A stretch of 64,000 nt of DNA from a virus. Taxonomy: Duplodnaviria > Heunggongvirae > Uroviricota > Caudoviricetes. The stretch is from positions 1-64,000 of the IMG/VR virus record IMGVR_UViG_3300000176_000003; one strand, written 5' to 3'. The notes below the pieces were generated by a model that was not told the origin of the DNA, ran no database searches, and saw only the letters and a list, made by a program, of their open reading frames with translations. The position numbers and the translations under genes were made by a program. Below, piece by piece: positions 45,292 through 56,262 of the stretch; position 1 is the first letter of the stretch, and each line of letters begins with the position of its first letter.

Positions 45292-48200
45292 ATGGCAAAT
45301 ACAAAGATTCAACACAAGAGAACTTCCGTATCTGGAAGGCTTGCTAATACTACTGATCCATCTAACTCAGCATTTATTGATGCTGGTGAGTTTGCAGTAA
45401 ATCTTGCTGATAATAAAGTATTTGCCTCAAATGGAACTGTTGCTTTTGAAATTGGTTCAAATTTATCAAATTTAAGTGTTAGTGGTACTATTACTGTTAA
45501 TGGTACTTCTATTAACAGTACTAATTATTCTGGTACTGCCAATAATGCAAATTATTTAAGTAATATATCATTATCCACATTACAATCACAAATTACTGGT
45601 AATGCTGCCACAGCTTTTGCTAATGCTATTGCTAATGCTGCATCAAATGCAGCTAGTATTTACCAGACTTATGCTGGATTGCCCGCAAATGTTTTAATGC
45701 TTACAGCCAATTCTACGACATATCTAAGCAACTCTTCTGGAACCTTGGCTAATATTTCTTCATGGATTACTGGAAATGCTGCAACATCGTATGCTAATGC
45801 TGTAGCAAATGCCGCTGCGTTATATCAAACTCATGGTGGTCTTGCATCAAATGTTCTAATATTAGCTGCAAATTCTGCAACATATCTAAGTAACTCTTCT
45901 GGTACTTTAGCTAATATTGCTTCATGGATTACTGGAAACTCAACAACCGCATATACAAATGCAATATCATATGCCAATTCTGCTGCAGTAATAGCTTATT
46001 CTAATGCAATTAATTATGCGGCTAATGGTGTAACTAATGGTGCTATCGTTGCTGCAAATTCCACATATTCTTCTAATTCTGGTGCATTAGGTGGACTTTC
46101 GTTAGCAACTTTACAAAGCCAAATTACCGGTAATGCTGCGACAGCATTTTCTAATGCTATTGCTAATGCAGCTTCTAATGCTGCTGGTATTTACCAAACG
46201 CATAGCGGTCTTGCATCAAATGTTTTGGTATTAGCTGCAAATTCTGCAACATATCTAAGTAACTCTTCTGGTACTTTAGCTAATATTGCTTCATGGGTTA
46301 CAGGTAATGCTGCAACAGCTTATGCTAATGCTGTTGCTAATGCTGCAGCTGTTTATCAAACAACTGCTGGTCTATCAGCAAATATTCTAACATTAACAGC
46401 AAACTCTGCCAATTATATTGGAACTCTTCCAGCAGCCAATGTTGTATCAAATGCGCAATTACAATCAAATCTAGCAAGTTATGCTCTATTATCTGGAGCA
46501 ACATTTAGTGGAGTAGTTAATACTTCATCAAACGTTAATATAACAGGATCTTTAGTAGTTACTGGCAATCTTACAATTGCCGGTCAGACTACATATGTTA
46601 ATACTACAGTAATTTCTACATCAGATAAAGCCATCTATCTTTCTGCAAATTCAACCAGTTCATTAAACTCTGATGGATCTGGTATAGTTGCTACAAATGC
46701 TGCGGCTCTTCTTTATAATGATTCTACTAAATCTTGGCAAGCAAATATTTCTATAACACCAACTACAAATTCTACATTCAACTTAGGTGGATCTGCTAAT
46801 TATTGGTCAAACGTATACGCTAACCAAGTATACGGAACACTGATGACAGTATCACAACCAAATATTACTGCTAATAATTCTACAAACTTTGGTGGACTAA
46901 GCTTAACAACAGTTCAAGGACAGATTACAGGTAATGCTGCGACAGCATTTTCTAATGCTATTGCTAATGCAGCTTCTAATGCTGCTGGCATTTATCAGAC
47001 AATGGCCGGACTTTCTGCAAATGTTGCGACATTAACAGCTAATGCTTCCGGCTATCTTGGTAATTCATCTGGAACTATTGCTAATATTTCATCTTGGGTA
47101 TCTGGTAATGCCGCTACAGCATACTCTAATGCGGTAGCCAATGCCGCTGCGTTATATCAAACAACTGCTGGTCTTTCTGCAAATGTTCTAACACTTACAT
47201 CCAATAATGCTTTAAACTTAGGTGGTGTTACTGCATCAAAGTATGTTAATACTTCTGGCACATATACATTATCTGGAGTAATTGATTTCGCGGGTAATAC
47301 TATATTCCAAGGCGGCATTTCTGCTAATGGAGTATATGGTAATACTGACCAAGCTTTAACATCTAATGGTTCTGGTGGAGTATACTGGAGAGACAATCCT
47401 CCTGTTGCTATAGATCAGCAAATGAATGGTTTTCTTGATGGAAATGCAGAAACTTCAATATCATTTGATGGAACAAATACATTTACTCTTACTGATACCG
47501 GTTCTGGATGGCATATCTATATAAGTGGTAAAAAGTATTATTTCACTGGAAATAGAACTGTAACTCTTAGTGCTTCTCCTCCAGCCACTGCAGGCCGCTA
47601 TTTTGTTTCAATAAATTCTACTGGAAATCTTTCTGTATCATCTTCAAGTTGGGATTGGACAGATCCTTCAATAGCTTCTGTTGCATTTATCAACTGGAAT
47701 AACAGTAATACTCCAAAATATTTTATGTCTGATGAAAGACATACAGTATTAATGACTCTTAGACATCGTTATAATTTGCATACTACTGTTGGACCCCGCA
47801 TTCAAACATTTGGTGCATTGGGATATACTTTAGGCGGTACAACAAGCGCAAATAACCTAGTTACTGTATCAACATCAGTTATTGAACAAGAAGATCTTAT
47901 TAAAAGTATTACTGCTATAACAGCAAATACTGTCGGTGTTGTTAATAACTACACGACTTTTTATAGAACGGCGGTGAATCCAGATGTTTGGACCTGGGGT
48001 CAAAGTGATATGCCATTCGTTTACCAAACTGGTGGTGGATATATTTATTGGGATAATAATGGTGTATTGACTTCAGGAACAAATAACCATTACTATAATT
48101 CATATGTATTAATGACTACATATGGATCTTATACAATTGTTACCGGTAGAGGATCATATAATACTCTTGCTGATGCACAAGCAGAAGATATTACTTCATG

Positions 48201-51200
48201 GGATTGGTCAGTCGTTACTGGCGTTGAATTGGTTTTTGCATACCAATTAACTTGGCAAGCAAAATCTTCTAGTAGTCAAGAAGGTAGAGTTGCTCTACAA
48301 GCAGTAAGAAAAATTGCCGTTTCAACATCATCTGCTGTTTCTTCTCTTAGCTCAGCAGTACACAATCAGTTATCTGGCCTACAAGGTGGATATGGTGCAA
48401 GTGAATTTTATCACTTAAATGCTACATCATATTCTGCAGTACTAAATACCGCAGCTCTTGGATTAGGCATTGGCAATGGATTGACATCAAATTCTACATA
48501 TTTCTATGTTAATTCTAATACTGGAATAATTGCAAATGCCACTGGATTATATATTGATCCATCCTATACAGTTAATTCAGCAAATTACTTAGCAAATAGT
48601 TCTGGAACATTATCAAACATTCAATCTTGGATTACAGGAAATTCGGCTACAGCATATACAAATTCTGTTAATTACATCGCAAATGGCGTAACCAATGGAA
48701 CTATTTTAGCAGCTAATGCTACATACGCAACTAATTCTGGTGCTCTTGGTGGGTTAAGCTTAACAACTATTCAAAGCCAGATAACTGGAAATGCGGCTAC
48801 TGCATATTCTAATGCGACAACATATTCATCTAATGCTTCAAATCTTTCAACAGGAACAGTTTCAACAGCAAGACTTGGTTCTGGTACCGCAAATTCTACT
48901 ACTGTATTATATGGAAATGGTGTTTGGTCTACAGTATCTGGTGGAGGATCAGTCAACACTGCTGCTCAATATACCTGGACAAACACACAGATTTATTCTA
49001 GTAATATTGTTATAAACAACAATATTGATATAAACTTTAAAACTACAAATGGAAATACAGTATCATTCATTCAACAGAGTGATGATAACTTTGTATTTTA
49101 TTCAACAAATGCTTCTGGTGCCGCACGAGCTATTTGGTCAGTATTTGCAAATAGTGCAACTTCAAATGTAAACTTTAGTGCTCCGGTAAACTTTAGTGCA
49201 AATGTTGGATTTGGTTCAGTTGCTTTATATGCAAACGGTTCTTCAGGAACAACTGGCCAAGTTTTATCTTCCAATGGAACAGGTTTATATTGGCAATCAT
49301 TAGGTGCAGCGTCAGTAAATACTGCCGCCCAATATACATGGACTAATACCCATTCATTTACAGCTAACGTATCGTTTAGTGGAACAGGACTTGGATTAAC
49401 TACCAATACTACCGCAATATATTTTAATGGTGTATCTGATGCTAATTGGAGAATGTCTAGAAATTCTAGTGCATTTACTAAAGCATATTATACAAATAAT
49501 AGCATTGATATTGCGGTAGCTGGTTCTTCATTAGAAGGATTTTCTATTGGTCAAGTCGGTAATGTATCTTTCTTTGAAACGGGTTATGCTGGTTCTTGGT
49601 TTAGAAGCAATGTTGCTATTGGAAATGTTACATGGTCTTCTGCTATGCTTACTGTTGGTGGAACAGCTAACGTATCTGGTAATTTAATTGCTGGTACTAC
49701 ATCAACTAATGTTCAAGTACAGTTTTTATCAAATTCACAAATTGCTCCATCAGCAGGCTTTACAGGCAACGCTTCTCTATTAATTGGTGGCGGTGGTGGT
49801 AATTATTTGGCTATTGGCCAATCTAACAGCACTCTTGGTAATTCATATTGGATGCAATCAGGATTTAATGGTGCTTCTCCAGTTTATTACCCAATCAATT
49901 TGAATCCTCTCGGTGGAAACGTTTCAATTGGTTCAACTTCAATTCCAACAGCAACTTTGAGCGTTACTGGCACAGCTAATATTTCTGGAAATGTTGCATT
50001 TGCGTCAAATGTATCAATAACTGGCAATTCTACATCAGAACTTTTAATTTCGACTATTAATACTACTTCATCTGGTATAATTGCTAATGGAACAATTATT
50101 ACATTAGGAAATTCATCAGTTAATGTAAGTATTAACTCAACAGCATTTTCTGGTACATCTAATAATTCTACAAATTTTGGCGGATTAAGTTTAACAACAC
50201 TTCAAGGTCAAATTACAGGAAATTCTGCTACCGCTTATTCAAATGCTACTTCATATACTGATACAAGTGCTTCTACCACTTATACAAATGCAATTAATTA
50301 TTCCGCCAATGGGGTAACTAATGGTGCTTGGGTTGCTGCCAATTCTTTATATTCTTCTAACTCTGGAGCATTAGGTGGTATTTCCTTAGCGACATTACAA
50401 AACCAGATTACCGGCAATGCGTCTACTGCTTATACAAATGCCGTTACACGTTCTGCAAACGCATCTAATATTACAACTGGAACATTGCCATATGCACAAC
50501 TTCCAGCCAACGTAGTAATTTGGTCAAATAATAACGTATTTGCTGGAAATCAAAGTTTTTCAAATGCCCAAATTACAGTAAAACTTCAAGTCGGACCAAT
50601 TTCAGGATTTGATTTTGGGTCAAATTCATTGATTCAAATTGATGGTACAACAAATACGTATCTTCAAAGTGTAATTCAAAATGCTAATTCTGGAACAAAT
50701 GCTTCAGGTGACTTAGTAATTACCTCTGATACCGGAAATGATTCTGTAAATTATGTCGATCTGGGTATTAACAGTTCAACATATAACCAAGCTGGATTTA
50801 ATATTACCGGTATTGGTGATGCTTATCTATATTCATCCAACTCAAATCTAGTAATGGGTACAGCATCAGCTAAGGAAGTAGTTTTTCATGCTAATGGTAC
50901 TACAAGCACTGATCGTAAATTTACTATTAATGCCACATCAATAACTGTTGCAAATACTGTATCATTTGTAGCAAATGGTTCTGCTGGTACTAATGGACAA
51001 GTATTGTCTTCAAATGGAACTGGATTGTATTGGTCAACCCCTGCGGTTAACACAGCCGCACAATATACATGGACTAATACACATTCATTTACATCTAACG
51101 TATCATTTAGTAGTACTATTACCACAAAGTTAATTTCTGCTAACTCATCTACTCAAACACAAGCATCTCCGACAATTTCATCTAATATTTTAACTCTAGA

Positions 51201-51477
51201 TTTAAGTGCCGCATCTGTATTTTCTGTTAATTTGAACTCAAATATTACTACATTGACTCTTAACAATCTTCAAGCATCAGGTAATACTACTTCATTCGTT
51301 CTTAACTTGACTGCTGATGGAACTGCAAGAACAGTTGCATGGCCTGCTGCATTTAGGTGGCCATCTGCTACAGCCCCAACACTTACATCAACACTAAATA
51401 AGACCGATGTTATTGTTGCATTTACATATGATAGCGGTACAAACTGGTTTGCATTTATTTCAGGACAAAATCTATAA
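45292..51477 (+). CDS. very long tail fibre protein (2061 aa)
   Basis: The N-terminus KIQHKRTSVSG...GEFAVNLADNKVF is a common phage fibre N-terminal module. It shares many ITGNAATA(F/Y)(S/A)NA(I/V)ANAA repeat units with the 1104-aa fibre. Confidence 0.65.
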   Translation: MANTKIQHKRTSVSGRLANTTDPSNSAFIDAGEFAVNLADNKVFASNGTVAFEIGSNLSNLSVSGTITVNGTSINSTNYSGTANNANYLSNISLSTLQSQITGNAATAFANAIANAASNAASIYQTYAGLPANVLMLTANSTTYLSNSSGTLANISSWITGNAATSYANAVANAAALYQTHGGLASNVLILAANSATYLSNSSGTLANIASWITGNSTTAYTNAISYANSAAVIAYSNAINYAANGVTNGAIVAANSTYSSNSGALGGLSLATLQSQITGNAATAFSNAIANAASNAAGIYQTHSGLASNVLVLAANSATYLSNSSGTLANIASWVTGNAATAYANAVANAAAVYQTTAGLSANILTLTANSANYIGTLPAANVVSNAQLQSNLASYALLSGATFSGVVNTSSNVNITGSLVVTGNLTIAGQTTYVNTTVISTSDKAIYLSANSTSSLNSDGSGIVATNAAALLYNDSTKSWQANISITPTTNSTFNLGGSANYWSNVYANQVYGTLMTVSQPNITANNSTNFGGLSLTTVQGQITGNAATAFSNAIANAASNAAGIYQTMAGLSANVATLTANASGYLGNSSGTIANISSWVSGNAATAYSNAVANAAALYQTTAGLSANVLTLTSNNALNLGGVTASKYVNTSGTYTLSGVIDFAGNTIFQGGISANGVYGNTDQALTSNGSGGVYWRDNPPVAIDQQMNGFLDGNAETSISFDGTNTFTLTDTGSGWHIYISGKKYYFTGNRTVTLSASPPATAGRYFVSINSTGNLSVSSSSWDWTDPSIASVAFINWNNSNTPKYFMSDERHTVLMTLRHRYNLHTTVGPRIQTFGALGYTLGGTTSANNLVTVSTSVIEQEDLIKSITAITANTVGVVNNYTTFYRTAVNPDVWTWGQSDMPFVYQTGGGYIYWDNNGVLTSGTNNHYYNSYVLMTTYGSYTIVTGRGSYNTLADAQAEDITSWDWSVVTGVELVFAYQLTWQAKSSSSQEGRVALQAVRKIAVSTSSAVSSLSSAVHNQLSGLQGGYGASEFYHLNATSYSAVLNTAALGLGIGNGLTSNSTYFYVNSNTGIIANATGLYIDPSYTVNSANYLANSSGTLSNIQSWITGNSATAYTNSVNYIANGVTNGTILAANATYATNSGALGGLSLTTIQSQITGNAATAYSNATTYSSNASNLSTGTVSTARLGSGTANSTTVLYGNGVWSTVSGGGSVNTAAQYTWTNTQIYSSNIVINNNIDINFKTTNGNTVSFIQQSDDNFVFYSTNASGAARAIWSVFANSATSNVNFSAPVNFSANVGFGSVALYANGSSGTTGQVLSSNGTGLYWQSLGAASVNTAAQYTWTNTHSFTANVSFSGTGLGLTTNTTAIYFNGVSDANWRMSRNSSAFTKAYYTNNSIDIAVAGSSLEGFSIGQVGNVSFFETGYAGSWFRSNVAIGNVTWSSAMLTVGGTANVSGNLIAGTTSTNVQVQFLSNSQIAPSAGFTGNASLLIGGGGGNYLAIGQSNSTLGNSYWMQSGFNGASPVYYPINLNPLGGNVSIGSTSIPTATLSVTGTANISGNVAFASNVSITGNSTSELLISTINTTSSGIIANGTIITLGNSSVNVSINSTAFSGTSNNSTNFGGLSLTTLQGQITGNSATAYSNATSYTDTSASTTYTNAINYSANGVTNGAWVAANSLYSSNSGALGGISLATLQNQITGNASTAYTNAVTRSANASNITTGTLPYAQLPANVVIWSNNNVFAGNQSFSNAQITVKLQVGPISGFDFGSNSLIQIDGTTNTYLQSVIQNANSGTNASGDLVITSDTGNDSVNYVDLGINSSTYNQAGFNITGIGDAYLYSSNSNLVMGTASAKEVVFHANGTTSTDRKFTINATSITVANTVSFVANGSAGTNGQVLSSNGTGLYWSTPAVNTAAQYTWTNTHSFTSNVSFSSTITTKLISANSSTQTQASPTISSNILTLDLSAASVFSVNLNSNITTLTLNNLQASGNTTSFVLNLTADGTARTVAWPAAFRWPSATAPTLTSTLNKTDVIVAFTYDSGTNWFAFISGQNL

Positions 51478-51977
51478 TGGCTAGTTTCGCATATGTAGAA
51501 AATAATGAGATTCAGGGAGTTTATGATCTTCTTCCTGATAATTGGAAGAATTATAGCAACTTCTTTGCCTTAGAAAACGATCTTGATTATCTTAAGTCTT
51601 TGGGTTGGTATAAAATTGAGAAGGTTATTCCTTCTTATGACCCAGCTACACAAAAGCTAGATAATGCTAGACAATGGTTTGAAAATAACATAGTATATGA
51701 AACAGAAGAAGTCATTGATCTTTCTGCAGAGCCAATAATAGAGCCAGTGTCACAAGAAGAATTAACTTTAAGACAATGGAATTTGATTAAAACTCAACGT
51801 GATCAGTTGATAGCAAGTTTTGATTGGAGATATATTCGTTATAATAGAGAAGTTAGACTCAATATTACTCCAAGTGATGATATTACTAAGCTTGATGTGT
51901 ACACCCAAGCACTAGCAGATATTCCTGAAAAACAATCTGATCCCTTTAATATTGTATGGCCAGTATTTAGTGAGTAA
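51477..51977 (+). CDS. tail fibre assembly chaperone (Tfa/DUF4376-like)
   Basis: The C-terminal ...RQWNLIKTQRDQLIASFDWRYIRYNRE...YTQALADIPEKQSDPFNIVWPVFSE fits the R..LL..sDW....YRqaL.D.P....FP..i.WP pattern of tail fibre assembly proteins. It is coupled to the fibre gene (TAATG). Confidence 0.6.
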   Translation: MASFAYVENNEIQGVYDLLPDNWKNYSNFFALENDLDYLKSLGWYKIEKVIPSYDPATQKLDNARQWFENNIVYETEEVIDLSAEPIIEPVSQEELTLRQWNLIKTQRDQLIASFDWRYIRYNREVRLNITPSDDITKLDVYTQALADIPEKQSDPFNIVWPVFSE

Positions 51978-51980
51978 AAA

Positions 51981-54900
51981 ATGCTTTTAGAAAAATGGCT
52001 TCTAGCTAGACAAATCGCATCTGGTCCTATTACAAGTAGATATCTTTATACTGTTGGTGATAACACTTACGGTGAAATTGGTGATAATACAATAGTCAAT
52101 AAATCTTCTTTGACTAAGATTGGCACTCTTTCTTGGCAATCAGTTTCAGTAGGCTCATCTCATACAGCAGCTATTAGATCAGATGGTCTTTTGTTTGCTT
52201 GGGGATTTAATAGCAGTGGTCAATTAGGACTATTGGATACTGTTCATAGATCATCTCCAGTACAAGTAGGTACTTCATCTTGGACATCAGTATCTGCCAA
52301 AAGTATTAATACCTTTGCTATTAGAAGCGATGGGTTGTTATTTGGTTGGGGGGATATGACTTATGGCCAACTAGGTAATAATAGTTTAATTAGTAATTAC
52401 CAAACATCTAGTTGGACAAAAATGTCTTCTGGTGGTAGCCATACAGTAGCTATTAAATCGGATGGAACTCTTTGGGGATGGGGTTATAACGGGTTAGGTC
52501 AATTAGGTTTAAATGATACTAATTATAGATCATCTCCAGTACAAGTAGGTACTTCATCTTGGACTCAAGTATCTGCTGGGCTTAATCATACAACAGCTAT
52601 AAGAACTGATGGTGGCTTGTTTACATGGGGAAATAATCTTTATGGCAATTTAGGTCTAAATGATACTGTTCATAGATCATCTCCTGTACAAGTAGGTTCT
52701 TCATCTTGGACTTCTATATCTTCTGGTGGTAGCCATACAGTAGCTATAAGAACTGATGGTGGCTTGTTTACATGGGGTTATAATAGTTTTGGTCAATTAG
52801 GTTTAAATGATACTAATTATAGATCATCTCCAGTACAAGTAGGTACTTCATCTTGGACTTCTATATCTTCTGGGGTTAATCATACAACAGCTATAAGAAC
52901 TAATGGTGGTTTGTTTACATGGGGTTATAATACTGTTGGTCCATTAGGTTTAAATGATAGAGTTAATAGATCATCTCCTGTGCAAGTAGGTACTTCATCA
53001 TGGACTCTAGTATCGGCTGGATATTATCATACCGCAGCTATTAGATTAGATAATACCTTATGGACATGGGGTTATAACAATAATGGTCAATTAGGTTTAA
53101 ATGATACTAATTATAGATCATCTCCAGTACAAGTAGGCACTTCATCGTGGACATTAGTATCTGCTGGACAATATCATACCGCAGCTATTAGATTAGATAA
53201 TACCTTATGGACATGGGGTTATAACAATAATGGTCAAATAGGTGACAATACTAGTTTTGCTACAAATAAATCATCTCCGGTACAAGTAGGTACTTCATCA
53301 TGGACTCAGGTATCTGCTGGTCAATCTCATACAACAGCTATAAGAACTGATGGTGGTCTATTCGCTTGGGGAAGTAATGGTAGTGGTCAATTAGGTTTGA
53401 ATGATTTGGTTCATAGATCATCTCCTGTACAAGTAGGTAGCAACCCTTATACAGTATCACCAGTACAAATTGGATCTTCATCTTGGACTCAAGTATCTGC
53501 CGGATCTAGCCATGTACTAGCAATTCGCTCTGATAAAGCTTTATTTGCATGGGGTAGCAATAGTATTACACAATTAGGTGATGGTACTGTTGCTCATAGA
53601 TCATCTCCAATACAAATTGGGTCTTCATCATGGTCACAGGTATCTGCTGGTCAATCTCATTCCTTAGGTATCGATACTAATAACAAACTATACACATGGG
53701 GAGGTAGTTCATCTTTATCCGCAGCGGCATACTCATGGAAATTGATATCTTCTGGTCGTTATCATATTACAGCTATTAGATCAGATGGCGGTTTATTCAC
53801 ATGGGGCGATAATAATAATGGTCAATTAGGTCTAAATGATACTGTTCATAGATCATCTCCAGTACAGGTAGGTACATCATCATGGACTCAAGTATCTGCT
53901 GGTACTACTCATACAGCAGCTATAAGAACTGATGGTGGTCTATTCGCTTGGGGAAGTAATGGTAGTGGTCAATTAGGTTTAAATGACGTTGTTCATAGAT
54001 CATCACCAGTACAAGTAGGTACTTCATCTTGGACTCAAGTATCTGCTGGGCTTAATCATACAACAGCTATAAGAACTGATGGTGGTTTGTTTACATGGGG
54101 TTATAATAGTTTTGGTCAATTGGGTTTGAATGATACTATTTCTAGATCATCTCCGGTACAAGTCGGTACTTCATCTTGGACTTCGATTGCAGCAGGTTAC
54201 AGTCATAGTCTTGCAATTCGTGCTGATAATACATTATGGACATGGGGTTATAATACTGTTGGTCAATTAGGTTTGAATGATACTATTTCTAGATCATCTC
54301 CGGTACAAGTAGGTACTTCATCATGGACTTTAGTAAGTGCAGGCTCAAATCATGCGGCTGCCATTAGAATTGATGGTGGCTTGTTTACATGGGGTTATAA
54401 TCTTTATGGTCAATTAGGTTTGAATGATTTGGTTCATAGATCATCTCCTGTACAAGTAGGTACTTCATCTTGGACTCAAGTATCGGCTGGATATTATCAT
54501 ACAGCAGCTATTAGATTAGATAATACCTTATGGACATGGGGGAATAATACTAATGGTCAATTAGGTTTAAATGATAATATTTCTAGATCGTCACCAGTAC
54601 AAGTAGGTACTTCATCATGGACTCTAGTATCGGCTGGATATTATCATATAGCAGCTATTAGATCAGACACTGTATTATTTGCTTGGGGATATAACGGTTT
54701 CGGTCAATTAGGTTTGAATGATACTATTTCTAGATCATCACCTGTGCAAGTATCAACAAGTATTGCTGTACCAGCAAAAGTCGGTACTTCATCTTGGACT
54801 TCGATTGCAGCAGGTTACAGTCATAGTCTTGCAATTCGTGCTGATAATACATTATGGGGTTGGGGAAATTATGCTTCTAATGTGATTCCATCTTATAGTT

Positions 54901-56204
54901 GGAAACTAATTTCCTCTGGTGGTTATCATACATTAGCAATTCGTTCAGATAATATGCTATTTGCTTGGGGACAAAACACTTACGGTCAAATAGGTGACAA
55001 TACTAGTTTTTCTACAAATAAATCATCACCAGTATTAATAGGTATTTCATCTTGGTCTTTAGTAAGTGCAGGTAGGTATTATTCGGCTGCTATTAGAACT
55101 GACGGGGGTTTATTTACCTGGGGACAAAACACTTACGGTCAATTAGGTTCTGGTACTTCTGGCGCAAGCGTAAATAGATCATCTCCAGTACAAGTAGGTA
55201 CTTCATCATGGACTCAGGTATCTGCGGGGCTCTCTCACTTATTAGCTATTAGATCTGATGGTGGTTTATTCACATGGGGTTATAATGGTCAAGGTCAATT
55301 AGGTTCTGGTACAGTTACTAATAGATCATCTCCTGTGCAAGTAGGTACATCATCTTGGACTCTAGTGGCAGGTGGAGGTTATTATTCGTCTGCTATTAGA
55401 ACTGATGGTGGTTTATTTACTTGGGGTCAAAACACTAACGGCCAATTAGGTTCTGGTACAGTTACTAATAGATCATCTCCAGTACAAGTAGGTACTTCAT
55501 CATGGACTCAGGTATCTTCTGGTTGGTCACATACTGTTGCTATTAGATCTGATGGGGGTTTATTTTCATGGGGAGCCAATTCTAATGGTCAATTAGGCTC
55601 CAACGCAACTACTCATAGATCATCACCTGTACAAGTAGGTACATCATCTTGGAATCTTATAGCAACAGGACGTTATCATACAGCAGCTATTAGATCTGAT
55701 GGTGGTTTATTTGCTTGGGGGTATAATGCTTATGGTCAATTAGGTTCTGGTACAGTTACTAATAGATCATCACCGGTACAAGTGGGTACTTTATCTTGGA
55801 CTCAGGTATCTGTTGGTACTACTCATACTGTAGCTATTAGATCAGACACTGTATTATTTGCTTGGGGATATAACGGTTTCGGTCAATTGGGTGATAATAC
55901 AAATAATCTTTATAGGTCATCACCTGTACAAGTAGCTGCAGATAATATTCAGTTTAATCTCCTTAATACAATATTAAGTCCTACACAAATTGGCTCAAGC
56001 TCTTCATGGACAAATATAGCCGCTGGATCTAACTATTCTGTCGGTATAAATAATAATGCATTATATGGTTGGGGTTACAATATCAATAACCAAGTATTAG
56101 GTTCTGACATACATTATGTCACATCCCCAACACAAATAACTTCTAGTTCTCCACTTGTTGTGTCCGCTTCTGAAATTCATACTGGAGTTATTAGTACAAC
56201 ATAA
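51981..56204 (+). CDS. RCC1-repeat (beta-propeller) protein, 1407 aa
   Basis: At least 25 repeats of the form HT.AIR.DG.LF.WG.N..GQLGL.D...RSSPVQVGTSSWT.VSAG, the regulator-of-chromosome-condensation repeat signature. Confidence 0.7.
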   Translation: MLLEKWLLARQIASGPITSRYLYTVGDNTYGEIGDNTIVNKSSLTKIGTLSWQSVSVGSSHTAAIRSDGLLFAWGFNSSGQLGLLDTVHRSSPVQVGTSSWTSVSAKSINTFAIRSDGLLFGWGDMTYGQLGNNSLISNYQTSSWTKMSSGGSHTVAIKSDGTLWGWGYNGLGQLGLNDTNYRSSPVQVGTSSWTQVSAGLNHTTAIRTDGGLFTWGNNLYGNLGLNDTVHRSSPVQVGSSSWTSISSGGSHTVAIRTDGGLFTWGYNSFGQLGLNDTNYRSSPVQVGTSSWTSISSGVNHTTAIRTNGGLFTWGYNTVGPLGLNDRVNRSSPVQVGTSSWTLVSAGYYHTAAIRLDNTLWTWGYNNNGQLGLNDTNYRSSPVQVGTSSWTLVSAGQYHTAAIRLDNTLWTWGYNNNGQIGDNTSFATNKSSPVQVGTSSWTQVSAGQSHTTAIRTDGGLFAWGSNGSGQLGLNDLVHRSSPVQVGSNPYTVSPVQIGSSSWTQVSAGSSHVLAIRSDKALFAWGSNSITQLGDGTVAHRSSPIQIGSSSWSQVSAGQSHSLGIDTNNKLYTWGGSSSLSAAAYSWKLISSGRYHITAIRSDGGLFTWGDNNNGQLGLNDTVHRSSPVQVGTSSWTQVSAGTTHTAAIRTDGGLFAWGSNGSGQLGLNDVVHRSSPVQVGTSSWTQVSAGLNHTTAIRTDGGLFTWGYNSFGQLGLNDTISRSSPVQVGTSSWTSIAAGYSHSLAIRADNTLWTWGYNTVGQLGLNDTISRSSPVQVGTSSWTLVSAGSNHAAAIRIDGGLFTWGYNLYGQLGLNDLVHRSSPVQVGTSSWTQVSAGYYHTAAIRLDNTLWTWGNNTNGQLGLNDNISRSSPVQVGTSSWTLVSAGYYHIAAIRSDTVLFAWGYNGFGQLGLNDTISRSSPVQVSTSIAVPAKVGTSSWTSIAAGYSHSLAIRADNTLWGWGNYASNVIPSYSWKLISSGGYHTLAIRSDNMLFAWGQNTYGQIGDNTSFSTNKSSPVLIGISSWSLVSAGRYYSAAIRTDGGLFTWGQNTYGQLGSGTSGASVNRSSPVQVGTSSWTQVSAGLSHLLAIRSDGGLFTWGYNGQGQLGSGTVTNRSSPVQVGTSSWTLVAGGGYYSSAIRTDGGLFTWGQNTNGQLGSGTVTNRSSPVQVGTSSWTQVSSGWSHTVAIRSDGGLFSWGANSNGQLGSNATTHRSSPVQVGTSSWNLIATGRYHTAAIRSDGGLFAWGYNAYGQLGSGTVTNRSSPVQVGTLSWTQVSVGTTHTVAIRSDTVLFAWGYNGFGQLGDNTNNLYRSSPVQVAADNIQFNLLNTILSPTQIGSSSSWTNIAAGSNYSVGINNNALYGWGYNINNQVLGSDIHYVTSPTQITSSSPLVVSASEIHTGVISTT

Positions 56205-56262
56205 TAGTTGACATTATTTTTAATTTGATATATTATACACTAAACATGATAAAGGAATTACT

